A stretch of 64,000 bases of DNA from Bacteroidota bacterium (GTDB lineage: Bacteria > Bacteroidota > Bacteroidia > UBA7662). The notes under the pieces are model-generated. The model ran no database searches. It saw only the letters and a list, made by a program, of their open reading frames with translations, and was not told the DNA's origin. This document shows, piece after piece, positions 9,786-19,250 of this stretch; the first letter of the stretch is position 1, and each line of letters starts with the position of its first letter. The position numbers and the translations under genes are program-made. The stretch covers positions 8,654-72,653 of the forward strand of contig SYHW01000060.1 of NCBI GenBank assembly GCA_005799065.1, read 5' to 3'.

Positions 9786-10296
9786 ACATTATATTATTGG
9801 CGTATTTGGCGATGAGGAACCGCTGCTTGAGGCGGTAAAAGAAGTTCGTGCCAGCGGAACACGCATCCACGAAGTCTATACCCCTTTCCCGGTGCATGGA
9901 CTGGATGAGTTGCTGGGCTACAAACGCAGCCGTTTACCCAAGGCGGCCTTTCTGTTTGGATGCTTAGGGTTTACATTGGCGATTACCATGCAGACTTGGA
10001 TGCTGGGTATCGATTGGCCCATGAATATCGGCGGTAAACCGGCTTTGGCATGGCCCGATTTTGTTCCCGTTTCCTTCGAACTTACCGTCCTCATCACCGC
10101 TCTGGGCATGGTGGGTACTTACCTGGTGGCATGTGATTTTATCCCTGGTAATGAGGCCAAAATGCCTGATCTACGGGTCACCAGTGATAAATTTTGTATG
10201 GCTATTGAGCGCGATGGCACCAACGCGGCAGCAGTAACTTCATTGCTCAACAAATTGGGTGCAGAGGAAGTACACGAAAAAGAACTCGAATTATGA
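9778..10296 (+). CDS. actD: alternative complex III subunit ActD (DUF3341-like)
   Basis: 172 aa, two TM helices, 8-nt overlap with actC, operon position. Confidence 0.75.
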   Translation: MSKHYIIGVFGDEEPLLEAVKEVRASGTRIHEVYTPFPVHGLDELLGYKRSRLPKAAFLFGCLGFTLAITMQTWMLGIDWPMNIGGKPALAWPDFVPVSFELTVLITALGMVGTYLVACDFIPGNEAKMPDLRVTSDKFCMAIERDGTNAAAVTSLLNKLGAEEVHEKELEL

Positions 10297-10877
10297 TCGC
10301 CAGGATATTACTGCTTAGCGCGTCGCTTTCAGGTTGTGCCTTGATCGCCGACAAGAAAGACCCGGGTTGGGAATATGCACCCCAAATGTATGTTTCAGAT
10401 TCCTATGAGCCCTACAGCCAGGTGCGAGAACATACGGTGAATGCCGATGGAAAAAATATGCGTGCTCCTGTTGAGGGCAGTATACCTCGTTCTTCCACAG
10501 GCTACGACAACACCCGTTTGGAGTTGATGTATAACTACCCCATTCACAAAGACAGCATCGCAGATGCTGCCCGGATTTTGAAGAACCCGTTGGAGACGAA
10601 TGAGAAGAATTTGGCCTCAGGAAAGTACCTCTATACTTCCTATTGTGCACCTTGCCACGGTGACGCGGGTGCTGGTGATGGCTTGGTGGGTCAAAAGTAT
10701 GGCGGGGTGGCCAACTATAAGGCCTCCAATGTTGTCAACGTTTCTTCAGGCCATATCTATCATGTGATCTCTAAGGGCAAGGGCAGAATGTGGGGACAAG
10801 CCTCGCAAATTCGCCCTGTAGAAAGATGGCAGATCGTACAATATGTCAACCAATTAAGAGGATATCAGGGAGAATAA
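10293..10877 (+). CDS. actE: alternative complex III subunit ActE (monohaem cytochrome c lipoprotein)
   Basis: Lipoprotein signal LSASLSGC, a single CAPCH haem motif, ATGA overlap with actD. Confidence 0.75.
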   Translation: MIARILLLSASLSGCALIADKKDPGWEYAPQMYVSDSYEPYSQVREHTVNADGKNMRAPVEGSIPRSSTGYDNTRLELMYNYPIHKDSIADAARILKNPLETNEKNLASGKYLYTSYCAPCHGDAGAGDGLVGQKYGGVANYKASNVVNVSSGHIYHVISKGKGRMWGQASQIRPVERWQIVQYVNQLRGYQGE

Positions 10878-10880
10878 ACC

Positions 10881-12098
10881 ATGGGACATCACCACGAATT
10901 TCATCCTGCCCCCGAGCAGTTCAAGCCTTCCGATTCATTGCGCCGCATTTTGATGGGCATGATGGGTGTTGGGGTATTGGCCATCGCCTTTGGCTTATTC
11001 ACCAACCCCGATCGGTTTTGGGCTAATTTCTTATTAAACAACTGGTATTTCATGGGCCTAGGTCTCATGGGTACTTTGTTTTTGGCTATCCAATCCGCCA
11101 GCAATGCGGGCTGGTCGGCTGGATTTAAGCGCATCCCCGAAGCCATGGCGGGTTACCTTCCTGTAGCTTATGTGGGTATGGGTGTCCTGTTGTTGGCCTT
11201 GATATTCCATTGGAACCACCTCTATCATTGGGCGGTGGAAGGGATTGCGGATCCCTCAAGTCACCACTACGATGAGATCATCGCCGAAAAAGTGGCTTAC
11301 CTGAATGTGCCGTTTATGGTCGGTCGGGTACTGGTTATTTTTGCATTGTGGTATTTATTTACCCGAGCCATGCGTCGGAATTCACTTTTAGAGGACGAAA
11401 TTGGCGGGGTAAAGATGCTGAAGCGCAATAAAACCATCAGTGTCATTTTCCTGCCTGTGTTTGCCGTAAGTTGGGCCATGTCGTCGTGGGATTGGCTGAT
11501 GAGCCTCGATGCCCATTGGTATTCTACAATTTTCTGGGTTTATCAATTTGCCGCATCTTGGGTAACGGCCATTTCTGTGATCACCCTCACCGTAATCCTT
11601 CTGCGTCGGGCCGGCTACCTCAAGATGGTGACCGATAACCACCTCCATGATTTAGGTAAGTTTATGTTTGCTTTCAGTATTTTCTGGACGTATATCTGGA
11701 TTTCGCAATACCTTTTGATTTTCTATGCGAACATCCCTGAAGAAACGATTTACTTCCAAGAGCGATTTGAACACTTCGAATTTTTGTTTTTGTTCAACAT
11801 AGTCATCAATTTCTTGACTCCTTTCTTTTTACTGATGACTCGGGGTTCTAAGCGCAACGACGGCCTCATGCTGTCTGTTGCCCTGGTCATCATTATTGGA
11901 AAGTGGATCGACCTCTACCTGGGCATTATGCCAGGGACTCTTGGTGCAAAAGCAGGTATCGGATTCATTGAGATTGGTATGTTTATCGGTTTTGCAGGAT
12001 TGTTTGGTTGGGTTTTGGTGAAGGGTTTAAGCGCGGTATCTCTGGTTCCCGCAAAGCATCCATTCCTCAAAGAATTTGCCCACCACGAGGTATTGTAA
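10881..12098 (+). CDS. actF: alternative complex III subunit ActF (second NrfD-like membrane subunit)
   Basis: 405-aa polytopic membrane protein paralogous to ActC; last gene of the operon. Confidence 0.75.
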   Translation: MGHHHEFHPAPEQFKPSDSLRRILMGMMGVGVLAIAFGLFTNPDRFWANFLLNNWYFMGLGLMGTLFLAIQSASNAGWSAGFKRIPEAMAGYLPVAYVGMGVLLLALIFHWNHLYHWAVEGIADPSSHHYDEIIAEKVAYLNVPFMVGRVLVIFALWYLFTRAMRRNSLLEDEIGGVKMLKRNKTISVIFLPVFAVSWAMSSWDWLMSLDAHWYSTIFWVYQFAASWVTAISVITLTVILLRRAGYLKMVTDNHLHDLGKFMFAFSIFWTYIWISQYLLIFYANIPEETIYFQERFEHFEFLFLFNIVINFLTPFFLLMTRGSKRNDGLMLSVALVIIIGKWIDLYLGIMPGTLGAKAGIGFIEIGMFIGFAGLFGWVLVKGLSAVSLVPAKHPFLKEFAHHEVL

Positions 12099-12130
12099 CC
12101 TACTTGATTTTTTGTTGTTTATAGAGCAAA

Positions 12131-13414
12131 TTGATTTTTTGTTGTCTCAAAAAAAAAGTTTTGGCACGCCGCTTGCTTACCCTCACATTTTTTCTGATTC
12201 TGGCACATCCAATTGTTCGTGCCCAAATGAGCTTAATTGGAATGTCGCCCAGGCCTGCAATGGATTCAATCGACGTGATCAAGTGGCAGCCCATGAGTGG
12301 AATATCTCCCGCCAGATATACGGCTCCCGTTTATGGGTGGACGAACAACACAGGTTTGTTTGATGCGTTTCAAGGGAAATACTATTTGTCGGCCATAACC
12401 CCAAGTGGAGGGCAATTGATGTCATTTCACCCGATCTCTAACCAAGTTTCTTTCGCGAGTCTTGGTCAAATTTCGAATTCGACGGAAATTGACATGAGTA
12501 ACGGAAGATTCTACAGCATCGTTGCTCAGATCAGTGGTGATCTAGGTGTTTACGAATTCAATCCGTCCTCGGGTACTGATACCTTACTGGGAACCATCGT
12601 TGAACCGGGTATTCAGGAGGTTGCAGCCAATGCAACGGCTTTCGATTCGAATAATGGAGTTTTGTTTTACATAGGCCAGGACGGTAATTTGAATTACCTG
12701 TACACATTAAATCTGCGTGGAGCTGCGTTTAGTTGGTCTAAAACTGTATTACCCACCAATTTTAATCCAGTAACCCAGACTGTAGTGCCCTATTTCTGTG
12801 TCAACTTTGATAATCAACAAAATATACTTTTTGCAGTGACGGCTGAATACGATTCAACATGGACTCAGGTGAACTGGAATATTGTAGAAATAGATCGAGG
12901 CAACGGCAATTTAACCACACGGTATTCGCTTGACGCTTTTCCTTACTTGATGCACTTGGGCACTTCAGTATACGACCAAAATAGCGGTACATTACTTTTA
13001 ACCGGACCAGATACATTGAGTAATGGTGGTCAACGACTCATCTTGTTCAATACTATAACAAATAATATAACAACAGACATTTTACCTGCAGCAACATATG
13101 AAATCGCCTGCGACAACCATCAATTTGCTCAAAACCGCTACGGGTCGTCAACAAGTGCTTCAAGTTTAGAAAAGGATCAGAAATTAAATATTTATCCCAA
13201 CCCGACAAATAACCATTTTCTCATCAATTCCGAATTACCCTTGGTTCCTGTGGAGGTACTGATTCAAGGGATGAACGGTCAGTTTGTATTACAAACACAA
13301 ACGCTTCCTTCTGATTCTAATCCAATATCGTTGCCTGCACTCGCCCAAGGTGTGTATGTCGTTCACCTGCGCCAAGGCGAATCGCGTTCCACCCATCGCT
13401 TGCTGGTCCGTTAG
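12131..13414 (+). CDS. secreted protein with T9SS type-A C-terminal sorting domain (Por_Secre_tail); passenger domain unknown
   Basis: N-terminal signal peptide (RRLLTLTFFLILAHPIVRAQ). C-terminus LNIYPNPTNNHFLINSELPLVPVEVLIQGMNGQFVLQTQTLP...GVYVVHLRQGESRSTHRLLVR is a typical T9SS CTD. Start is TTG at 12131 or 12161. Confidence 0.6.
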   Translation: MIFCCLKKKVLARRLLTLTFFLILAHPIVRAQMSLIGMSPRPAMDSIDVIKWQPMSGISPARYTAPVYGWTNNTGLFDAFQGKYYLSAITPSGGQLMSFHPISNQVSFASLGQISNSTEIDMSNGRFYSIVAQISGDLGVYEFNPSSGTDTLLGTIVEPGIQEVAANATAFDSNNGVLFYIGQDGNLNYLYTLNLRGAAFSWSKTVLPTNFNPVTQTVVPYFCVNFDNQQNILFAVTAEYDSTWTQVNWNIVEIDRGNGNLTTRYSLDAFPYLMHLGTSVYDQNSGTLLLTGPDTLSNGGQRLILFNTITNNITTDILPAATYEIACDNHQFAQNRYGSSTSASSLEKDQKLNIYPNPTNNHFLINSELPLVPVEVLIQGMNGQFVLQTQTLPSDSNPISLPALAQGVYVVHLRQGESRSTHRLLVR

Positions 13415-13433
13415 TCGATCAGTTCATCTTCGC

Positions 13434-13610
13434 CTACATTTTTTCTACAGGAAGTCTAGGGTTTGCTTCCTTGGCCTTTTCGTATTCTTTTTTGGTGTAG
13501 GGGTTTACTGGAGTTTTCAAATCTATTTGGCCTGCGGAATCAATTTTTCGGGCGCATGAGGTATTGGTGAGGATAAAGAGTACTGCATAGCAGGTCAAAA
13601 TCGACTTCAT
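13434..13610 (-). CDS. possible small lipoprotein (58 aa)
   Basis: MKSILTCYAVLFILTNTSCARK... has a signal peptide and a lipobox-like TSC, then a Lys/Glu-rich tail. Short ORF, so it could be spurious. Confidence 0.3.
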   Translation of the reverse strand: MKSILTCYAVLFILTNTSCARKIDSAGQIDLKTPVNPYTKKEYEKAKEANPRLPVEKM

Positions 13611-13617
13611 CCGGTAA

Positions 13618-13659
13618 GCGTTTTGTGTCATTAGAGATGCGTTTTGTGTTATTAGATAT
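13618..13659. repeat. 21-bp tandem direct repeat x2 (gcgttttgtgtYattagaKat), 7 nt upstream of the small lipoprotein ORF; A+C-rich on that gene's sense strand
   Basis: Read directly; 2 mismatches between copies. Confidence 0.8.
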
Positions 13660-13741
13660 AATGATTCTTGCCGCCAAAAGGTGTTGTTTTCGAACATTAT
13701 GTTTTTAGTCGAAGCGATCTTTGGATTACATCTGAATCGAC

Positions 13742-14914
13742 TCAGGAAGATGAGCCGAGTATGGGGTGTCGATTAAATGGCTGTTCGGGATCAAACAGAA
13801 GGCGGAACACGGTGAGGGTTCGACTTTGCTCAAATTCCAACTCCTTGGCAATTTGAATCATTTTAGGGTTGAAGTCACCAATCCACTGAAGTTCTGTTTC
13901 TTGATAGCGCGTACGGCTTTGAATGACTTGGGCTGCTTCCACCACTATGAATTTGTCGATCCCCTTTCCTTGATGTTCTGGCGTAATCCCAAAGATGATG
14001 CCCACAAATCGGGTACAGGTACGGCGTTTGAGGTGCCACAGCAACTTGAGTTTCTCAAGCCATCCCAACTTCCCGTTGTAGTGCCTAAAAATTTGATTGA
14101 GGTCTGGGATATTCAGGTACATCGCGACAGGCTCATCTTGGGCATACACAAACCAAGCGATATCCTCGTCCATGATGGGTTTCATCGCCTTGAAAATCTT
14201 GATGGCCTGTTCTTGCGGCATCTCTTTGTTTCCTTCATGCTTGGCCCAGGCTTTGTTGTATACCGTACAAAAATCGCGTGCATAGCGTTTCCAGTCGTCC
14301 AGCCGTACCCGATCGGCGCGATAGATGCCCGTTTCTTTAAGTTTTTTATGTACTTCCAAAAATCGTTGAGGAAGTGCATCCTGAACGGGTCTGCGGAAGC
14401 AGATCTGGTTGTAGAACGGGCGAAAACCAGCAGAGGTTAACAGCGACTCATAATAGGGAGGATTGAAATTCATGCCGTAGGGAGGTGCTTCAAAGCCATC
14501 CACCAAAAGGCCCCAAAAGCGGTCGCGTTCCCCAAAATTAACGGGTCCGTCCATGGCTTGCATCCCCATCTTCTCGAGCCAAATGCGGGCCGTATGCAAA
14601 AGGAGCGCAGCTTCTTCCGGTTTGTTGCGGCAATCGAAAAAGCCAAAGCAGCCCGTGGCTTGTTGATCACCTTTGTTTTTGTACTTGCGGTTGGTAAAGG
14701 CAGCGATACGGCCCACCGCCTTGCCGTTTTTATCCAACAAGAGCCAACGACAGGCTTCGCCCCGACGAAAACTCTTGTTTTTTTCTGGGTCGAAGACCTC
14801 TTCTACATCTTTGTCGAGTGGACGGATAAACCCGCGTTCATGCCGGTTGAGTTCGACGTGCACCGCCAAAAATGTGCGGGCCTGCTGTGCTGTTTGTACT
14901 TCTTGAATGGTCAT
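13742..14914 (-). CDS. large GNAT-fold acyltransferase-like protein (390 aa); assignment tentative
   Basis: 390-aa soluble protein. Resembles the roughly 380-aa proteins annotated as GNAT family N-acetyltransferase in Bacteroidota (from memory only). No catalytic motif verified. Confidence 0.45.
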   Translation of the reverse strand: MTIQEVQTAQQARTFLAVHVELNRHERGFIRPLDKDVEEVFDPEKNKSFRRGEACRWLLLDKNGKAVGRIAAFTNRKYKNKGDQQATGCFGFFDCRNKPEEAALLLHTARIWLEKMGMQAMDGPVNFGERDRFWGLLVDGFEAPPYGMNFNPPYYESLLTSAGFRPFYNQICFRRPVQDALPQRFLEVHKKLKETGIYRADRVRLDDWKRYARDFCTVYNKAWAKHEGNKEMPQEQAIKIFKAMKPIMDEDIAWFVYAQDEPVAMYLNIPDLNQIFRHYNGKLGWLEKLKLLWHLKRRTCTRFVGIIFGITPEHQGKGIDKFIVVEAAQVIQSRTRYQETELQWIGDFNPKMIQIAKELEFEQSRTLTVFRLLFDPEQPFNRHPILGSSS

Positions 14915-14959
14915 TTATTTTCGTTTTCGTCGCAAAATTAATGTCTGTTTTCGTCGCAA

Positions 14960-16867
14960 TCAGTCGATGTTTTGGTCACCACCCATTGCTGTTTTCGCCG
15001 TTTCAATCCGATCGGCCAGCGGAATTTCCGGGTTTATCGTTTCAGCCGAATGCTGGTTCACGCACCACAAACGGATGGCTTCGGCCCTCCGGGCACCCAC
15101 CGCCTCGATCCATTCAGCAGGCGAGGCACTGCATAAGCGTTCCACCGATCCAAAACGGCGAAGAAGAACTTCGGCCGATTTGGGCCCCACCCCAGGAATC
15201 TCTGTGAGCTGGGTAGCAATGAACTTTCGGGAGCGAAGGTTTCGGTGGTGGGTTAGGCCAAAACGATGCGCCTCATCCCGCATCTGCTGTATGATTTTTA
15301 GGGTGATGCTTTTTTTATCGAGGTGCAGTGGCACGGGGTCATTGGGGTAGAAAAGTTCCTCCAAATTCTTAGCAATACCCAAAACAGGCAGTTTTCGGTC
15401 CAGTCCAAGGGCACTCAAGGCCTCCAGCGCCGACGACAATTGTCCCTTTCCACCGTCGACCACCACCAAATCCGGTAGGGGCAACTTTTCTTCGACAAGC
15501 CTACGATACCTTCTGTAAACAGCCTCTTTCATACTGGCAAAATCATTCGGGCCTTCCACGCTTCGGATAAGAAAATGACGGTAGTCTTTCTTACTTGGCT
15601 TTGCATCCCTAAAAACCACACAGGCCGAAACCGCCGAGGTGCCGTGGAAGTTGGAATTGTCGAAGCACTCAATATAGGCAGGCGGATGGTTCAAAGCAAG
15701 GTCCTTCTGCATTTGGGCCAAAACGCGGGTAGTTCGAGATTCCTGTTGCTTGTCGTCGCGCTGTCGAATCAAATCACTGAGGAAATACATGGCATTTTTC
15801 CAGCTGAGCTCAACGATCTTCTTTTTCTCGCCTTGCCGCGGCACCTGCACATCAAGCGCCGCAGGTAGCCCCTCTACCGCTCGATTTAACAGCAGACGTT
15901 TACTCTCACTGTTGTAGCGGTTCCGGAGTTCGACGATGCCGTATAACAACAGGGTCGCTTCATCCTCATCGAGGCGGCGCGCAATTTCGAGGTTGTGACT
16001 AATCACAATGCGCCCTTGCTGCATGTGTAGAAAATTAACGACAGCCGTATCGTCTTTCATCGCCACACTAAATACATCAGTCTCGGTGATGTCGTGATGC
16101 ACCACGGTCGATTTGGCCTGATACTGCTCGAGCAACTCCATTTTCTTTTTCACGCGTGCAGCCTGTTCGAACCGCAAGTCGGCGGCATGTAGCTTCATCT
16201 CATCGCGCAATAAAGCTGCAGCTTTTTGGTAATGACCCTTTAAAATGAGACGAATGGCATCGATCTGTTCCAGGTAGGACGCCTCCGATTGACGGCCTTC
16301 GCAGGGGGCGAGACAGTTGCCAATCTGGTATTCGAGGCAGGCGCGGAACTTGCCTTGGGCTATAGACCGGGGATTAAGCGGAAGGCTGCATGTTCGAAGT
16401 GGGTAGATGCGGCGCACCAATTCAAGCATGGTGCGCATAGCCAATACCGAGGGAAATGGGCCCAGGTACGTACTGCCGTCGCGCACAAGGCGGCGGGTTG
16501 GGAAAATGCGGGGGAAGTGCTCGTTGCGAATCACCAGGTAGGGATACGTCTTATCGTCCTTAAGCCGGATGTTGTAGCGCGGTTGGTAGGTTTTGATAAG
16601 CGAATTCTCCAACAAAAGCGCGTCCATCTCCGTTTCGGTGAGGGTAAAGTCGATGCGGGCGATGCGGTCGATCATCATCCGCAAGCGCCCCTCACGTTGA
16701 AGATCCGGACGGAAATAGCTGGAAACACGCTTGCGTAGATTTTTCGCCTTACCCACATAGAGCAGCAGTTCCGATCGATCGTAATAGCGGTAAACGCCCG
16801 GACTCTCGGGTAAAACGATTTCTAATTGACGGAATTCCTCGGGGCGCACCCCACAAAAATAAGGCAC
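14960..16867 (-). CDS. uvrC: excinuclease ABC subunit C
   Basis: N-terminal GIY-YIG (PESPGVYRYYDRSELLLYVGKAKNLRKRVSSYF), central UvrC domains, C-terminal helix-hairpin-helix (IPGVGPKSAEVLLRRFGSVERL). Confidence 0.9.
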   Translation of the reverse strand: MPYFCGVRPEEFRQLEIVLPESPGVYRYYDRSELLLYVGKAKNLRKRVSSYFRPDLQREGRLRMMIDRIARIDFTLTETEMDALLLENSLIKTYQPRYNIRLKDDKTYPYLVIRNEHFPRIFPTRRLVRDGSTYLGPFPSVLAMRTMLELVRRIYPLRTCSLPLNPRSIAQGKFRACLEYQIGNCLAPCEGRQSEASYLEQIDAIRLILKGHYQKAAALLRDEMKLHAADLRFEQAARVKKKMELLEQYQAKSTVVHHDITETDVFSVAMKDDTAVVNFLHMQQGRIVISHNLEIARRLDEDEATLLLYGIVELRNRYNSESKRLLLNRAVEGLPAALDVQVPRQGEKKKIVELSWKNAMYFLSDLIRQRDDKQQESRTTRVLAQMQKDLALNHPPAYIECFDNSNFHGTSAVSACVVFRDAKPSKKDYRHFLIRSVEGPNDFASMKEAVYRRYRRLVEEKLPLPDLVVVDGGKGQLSSALEALSALGLDRKLPVLGIAKNLEELFYPNDPVPLHLDKKSITLKIIQQMRDEAHRFGLTHHRNLRSRKFIATQLTEIPGVGPKSAEVLLRRFGSVERLCSASPAEWIEAVGARRAEAIRLWCVNQHSAETINPEIPLADRIETAKTAMGGDQNID

Positions 16868-16940
16868 AACTTTATTCTCTTTTTTTTGTTTTATAATTTC
16901 GGCTCATCAAAAGGCAATCAGTAGCTTTGTCTTTCGCTGG

Positions 16941-16983
16941 CCCATAAACGAGCAAACCCATAAACGAGCAAACCCATAAACGC
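16941..16983. repeat. 16-bp tandem repeat cccataaacgagcaaa x2.7 in the uvrC / DAHP-synthase divergent intergenic region
   Basis: Read directly; perfect copies at 16941-16956 and 16957-16972, truncated third copy to 16983. Confidence 0.85.
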
Positions 16984-17017
16984 TTCGACCCGAATCCAAA
17001 TCACCCCAAGCCAAAAC

Positions 17018-18136
17018 ATGATTCATAAGTCAGCCTGGAACAAGCACAACCGACAAATGCTCATCGCGGGTCCGTGTAGTGCCGAATCGCCGCAACAATT
17101 CTCAGAAAGCATACAGGGCATCTTGCCTGCGCAGCCTGATTTGATTCGCGCGGGCATTTGGAAACCACGTACCAAGCCTGGGCAATTTGAGGGCCTAGGG
17201 GTATCTGCGCTCGGGTGGACACACGAAATAGCCCAACAGCTTGGTGTTCCATTGATGGTAGAGGTGGGCTCGGCTGAACATGTAGAACAGGTTTTGGAGG
17301 CCGGAATTCGTCATGTTTGGATCGGGGCGCGTACCACAGTGAATCCATTTATGGTCCAGGAAATCGCTACCGCACTGGAAGGCAGCGCAATAGCCGTTCT
17401 GGTCAAAAATCCGGTGAGTCCGGACATTGAACTGTGGTCGGGAGCCATCGAGCGGCTTTCTAAAGCTGGTATTAAACAGCTTGGCGCGGTGCACCGGGGA
17501 TTCACCGGTTATGGACGCACCCTTTACCGCAACCACCCCTCATGGGAAATTCCCATTGAGCTGAGGCGCCGATATCCCGATATGCTCATCCTATGTGATC
17601 CCAGCCACATCTCGGGCGATCGCCTTCTCGTGCCGGAAGTAGCGCAAATGGCGCTCGATTTGGAGTTCGACGGGTTGATGGTGGAGTCGCACGTGAGCCC
17701 GGATTCGGCTCTTTCCGACGCCAAACAGCAGCTTACCCCTCAGGCACTGTTGGATATGCTTGCGCGCCTAGTGCACCGTAATCTCCAAAGTACCGATGGG
17801 GTGGTGAATGCGCGTCTCGAGCAACTTCGCGCCCAGATCGACGGGGTTGATGCCCAAATCATTTCGCTCCTACAAGAGCGAATGATGCTGGTGGATGATA
17901 TTGGATCGGTTAAGGAAGAATTCGACATCACCATATTGCAACACGAAAGGTGGACGGAAATTTTGAAAACCCGACAATCCTGGGCTACCCAACTGAACCC
18001 CGATTTTGTGCGGCAAATGTTGTTTCTCATCCATCAGGAAAGTATCGATCGACAGGCTGAACGCTTTCGGCATGCCCGCGCATCAGAACTCTTGGATGAA
18101 GTAAGACATATACAAAAAAAAGCATTCAACTTCTAG
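17018..18136 (+). CDS. bifunctional 3-deoxy-7-phosphoheptulonate (DAHP) synthase (class I-beta) / chorismate mutase (AroQ domain at C-terminus)
   Basis: N-terminal roughly 270 aa are DAHP/KDO8P-synthase-like (LIAGPCSAES...). C-terminal roughly 90 aa (ARLEQLRAQIDGVDAQIISLLQERMMLVDDIGSVK...) are the AroQ chorismate-mutase helix. Confidence 0.8.
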   Translation: MIHKSAWNKHNRQMLIAGPCSAESPQQFSESIQGILPAQPDLIRAGIWKPRTKPGQFEGLGVSALGWTHEIAQQLGVPLMVEVGSAEHVEQVLEAGIRHVWIGARTTVNPFMVQEIATALEGSAIAVLVKNPVSPDIELWSGAIERLSKAGIKQLGAVHRGFTGYGRTLYRNHPSWEIPIELRRRYPDMLILCDPSHISGDRLLVPEVAQMALDLEFDGLMVESHVSPDSALSDAKQQLTPQALLDMLARLVHRNLQSTDGVVNARLEQLRAQIDGVDAQIISLLQERMMLVDDIGSVKEEFDITILQHERWTEILKTRQSWATQLNPDFVRQMLFLIHQESIDRQAERFRHARASELLDEVRHIQKKAFNF

Positions 18137-18197
18137 ATTGAGCATTTGGGATTATGCATTGGGCTCGAAAAATTGACTAAACCCCAGGATAAAGGAA

Positions 18198-19250
18198 ATG
18201 GTTGCAAGGTACTACACGCTACACCCGCTGATTCAGCCCAAAAACACGGTAGATTGGGTCATTAAATGGCGCAAAAAGGAAGAGTTGGAGCAATTGGTCG
18301 TTTTTTGCGACAGCAATACCCGATACCTGGCTCAGCCGTTGGCGGATGCCGTCGACGCCTTGTGCCTTGAGGTTCCGGCCGGAGAGGAAAATAAAAACCT
18401 ACAGCAGGCCGAACGCCTATGGCAGGCACTGCGTACTGCAGAAGCGAGCCGCAAAACAGGATGGATCAATGTTGGCGGTGGGATGGTATGCGATTTGGGT
18501 GGATTTGTGGCCTCCAACTACATGCGTGGCATTCCATTGGTTCACATCCCTACCACATTATTGGCGCAAATCGACGCAGCGCTCTGTGGGAAAACCGCCG
18601 TTAATTTGGGCCCGTGGAAAAACCAGATCGGGACCTATTACCTTCCGGAGGCGGTGCTGCTCGATCCAGCGATGCTCAAGAAACTACCGGCGGAGGAGGT
18701 TCTTAATGGCAAGGCGGAGATGTTCAAGCACGGACTCATCGAGGACGTTAGGCTCATCGATTATTTGGAAAAACTCCCCCCCAATACAATGCCGGGGCTC
18801 GGGTGGGTTCGGCGTGCAGCAGAAGTTAAGATGTATTGGGCAGGTGTCGATCCGCATGAAAAAAGCCACCGAAAGATTTTGAACACCGGCCATACGGTGG
18901 CGCATGCCCTGGAGGCCTGGTACCTCGCTCAAGGGCAAACCCTACCGCATGGTCAAGCCGTTTGGGCCGGACTTATGGCGGAAGGCTGGTTGGCCGTGCA
19001 GGCCGGATTGGTGACTGAGGAGGGTGCAATGGTGTGGATGTTGGACATTCCGCGCTTCGTGACACCCAGAAATTGGCCCAAGACAGCCGATTGGTTGCCA
19101 TGGATGGCCGCCGATAAAAAGAATAAGGCGGGTAAAATCGGATTCAGCTTGCCTACCTATCCGGGAAATTGCCTCACCGATCAGTACCTCAGTCCAAAAG
19201 AGGTCGGCATTCTGCTGAGAAAGTTTGATCTCAACACATGGCTGAGCTGA
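18198..19250 (+). CDS. aroB: 3-dehydroquinate synthase
   Basis: GGGMVCDLGGFVASNYMRGIPLVHIPTTLLAQIDAA; roughly 350 aa. Confidence 0.85.
   Translation: MVARYYTLHPLIQPKNTVDWVIKWRKKEELEQLVVFCDSNTRYLAQPLADAVDALCLEVPAGEENKNLQQAERLWQALRTAEASRKTGWINVGGGMVCDLGGFVASNYMRGIPLVHIPTTLLAQIDAALCGKTAVNLGPWKNQIGTYYLPEAVLLDPAMLKKLPAEEVLNGKAEMFKHGLIEDVRLIDYLEKLPPNTMPGLGWVRRAAEVKMYWAGVDPHEKSHRKILNTGHTVAHALEAWYLAQGQTLPHGQAVWAGLMAEGWLAVQAGLVTEEGAMVWMLDIPRFVTPRNWPKTADWLPWMAADKKNKAGKIGFSLPTYPGNCLTDQYLSPKEVGILLRKFDLNTWLS

Noticed and set aside
13660-13741. Looked for a terminator between the GNAT-like gene and the small lipoprotein ORF
   Set aside because: No stable hairpin found; the genes may be co-transcribed, or the small ORF is not real.
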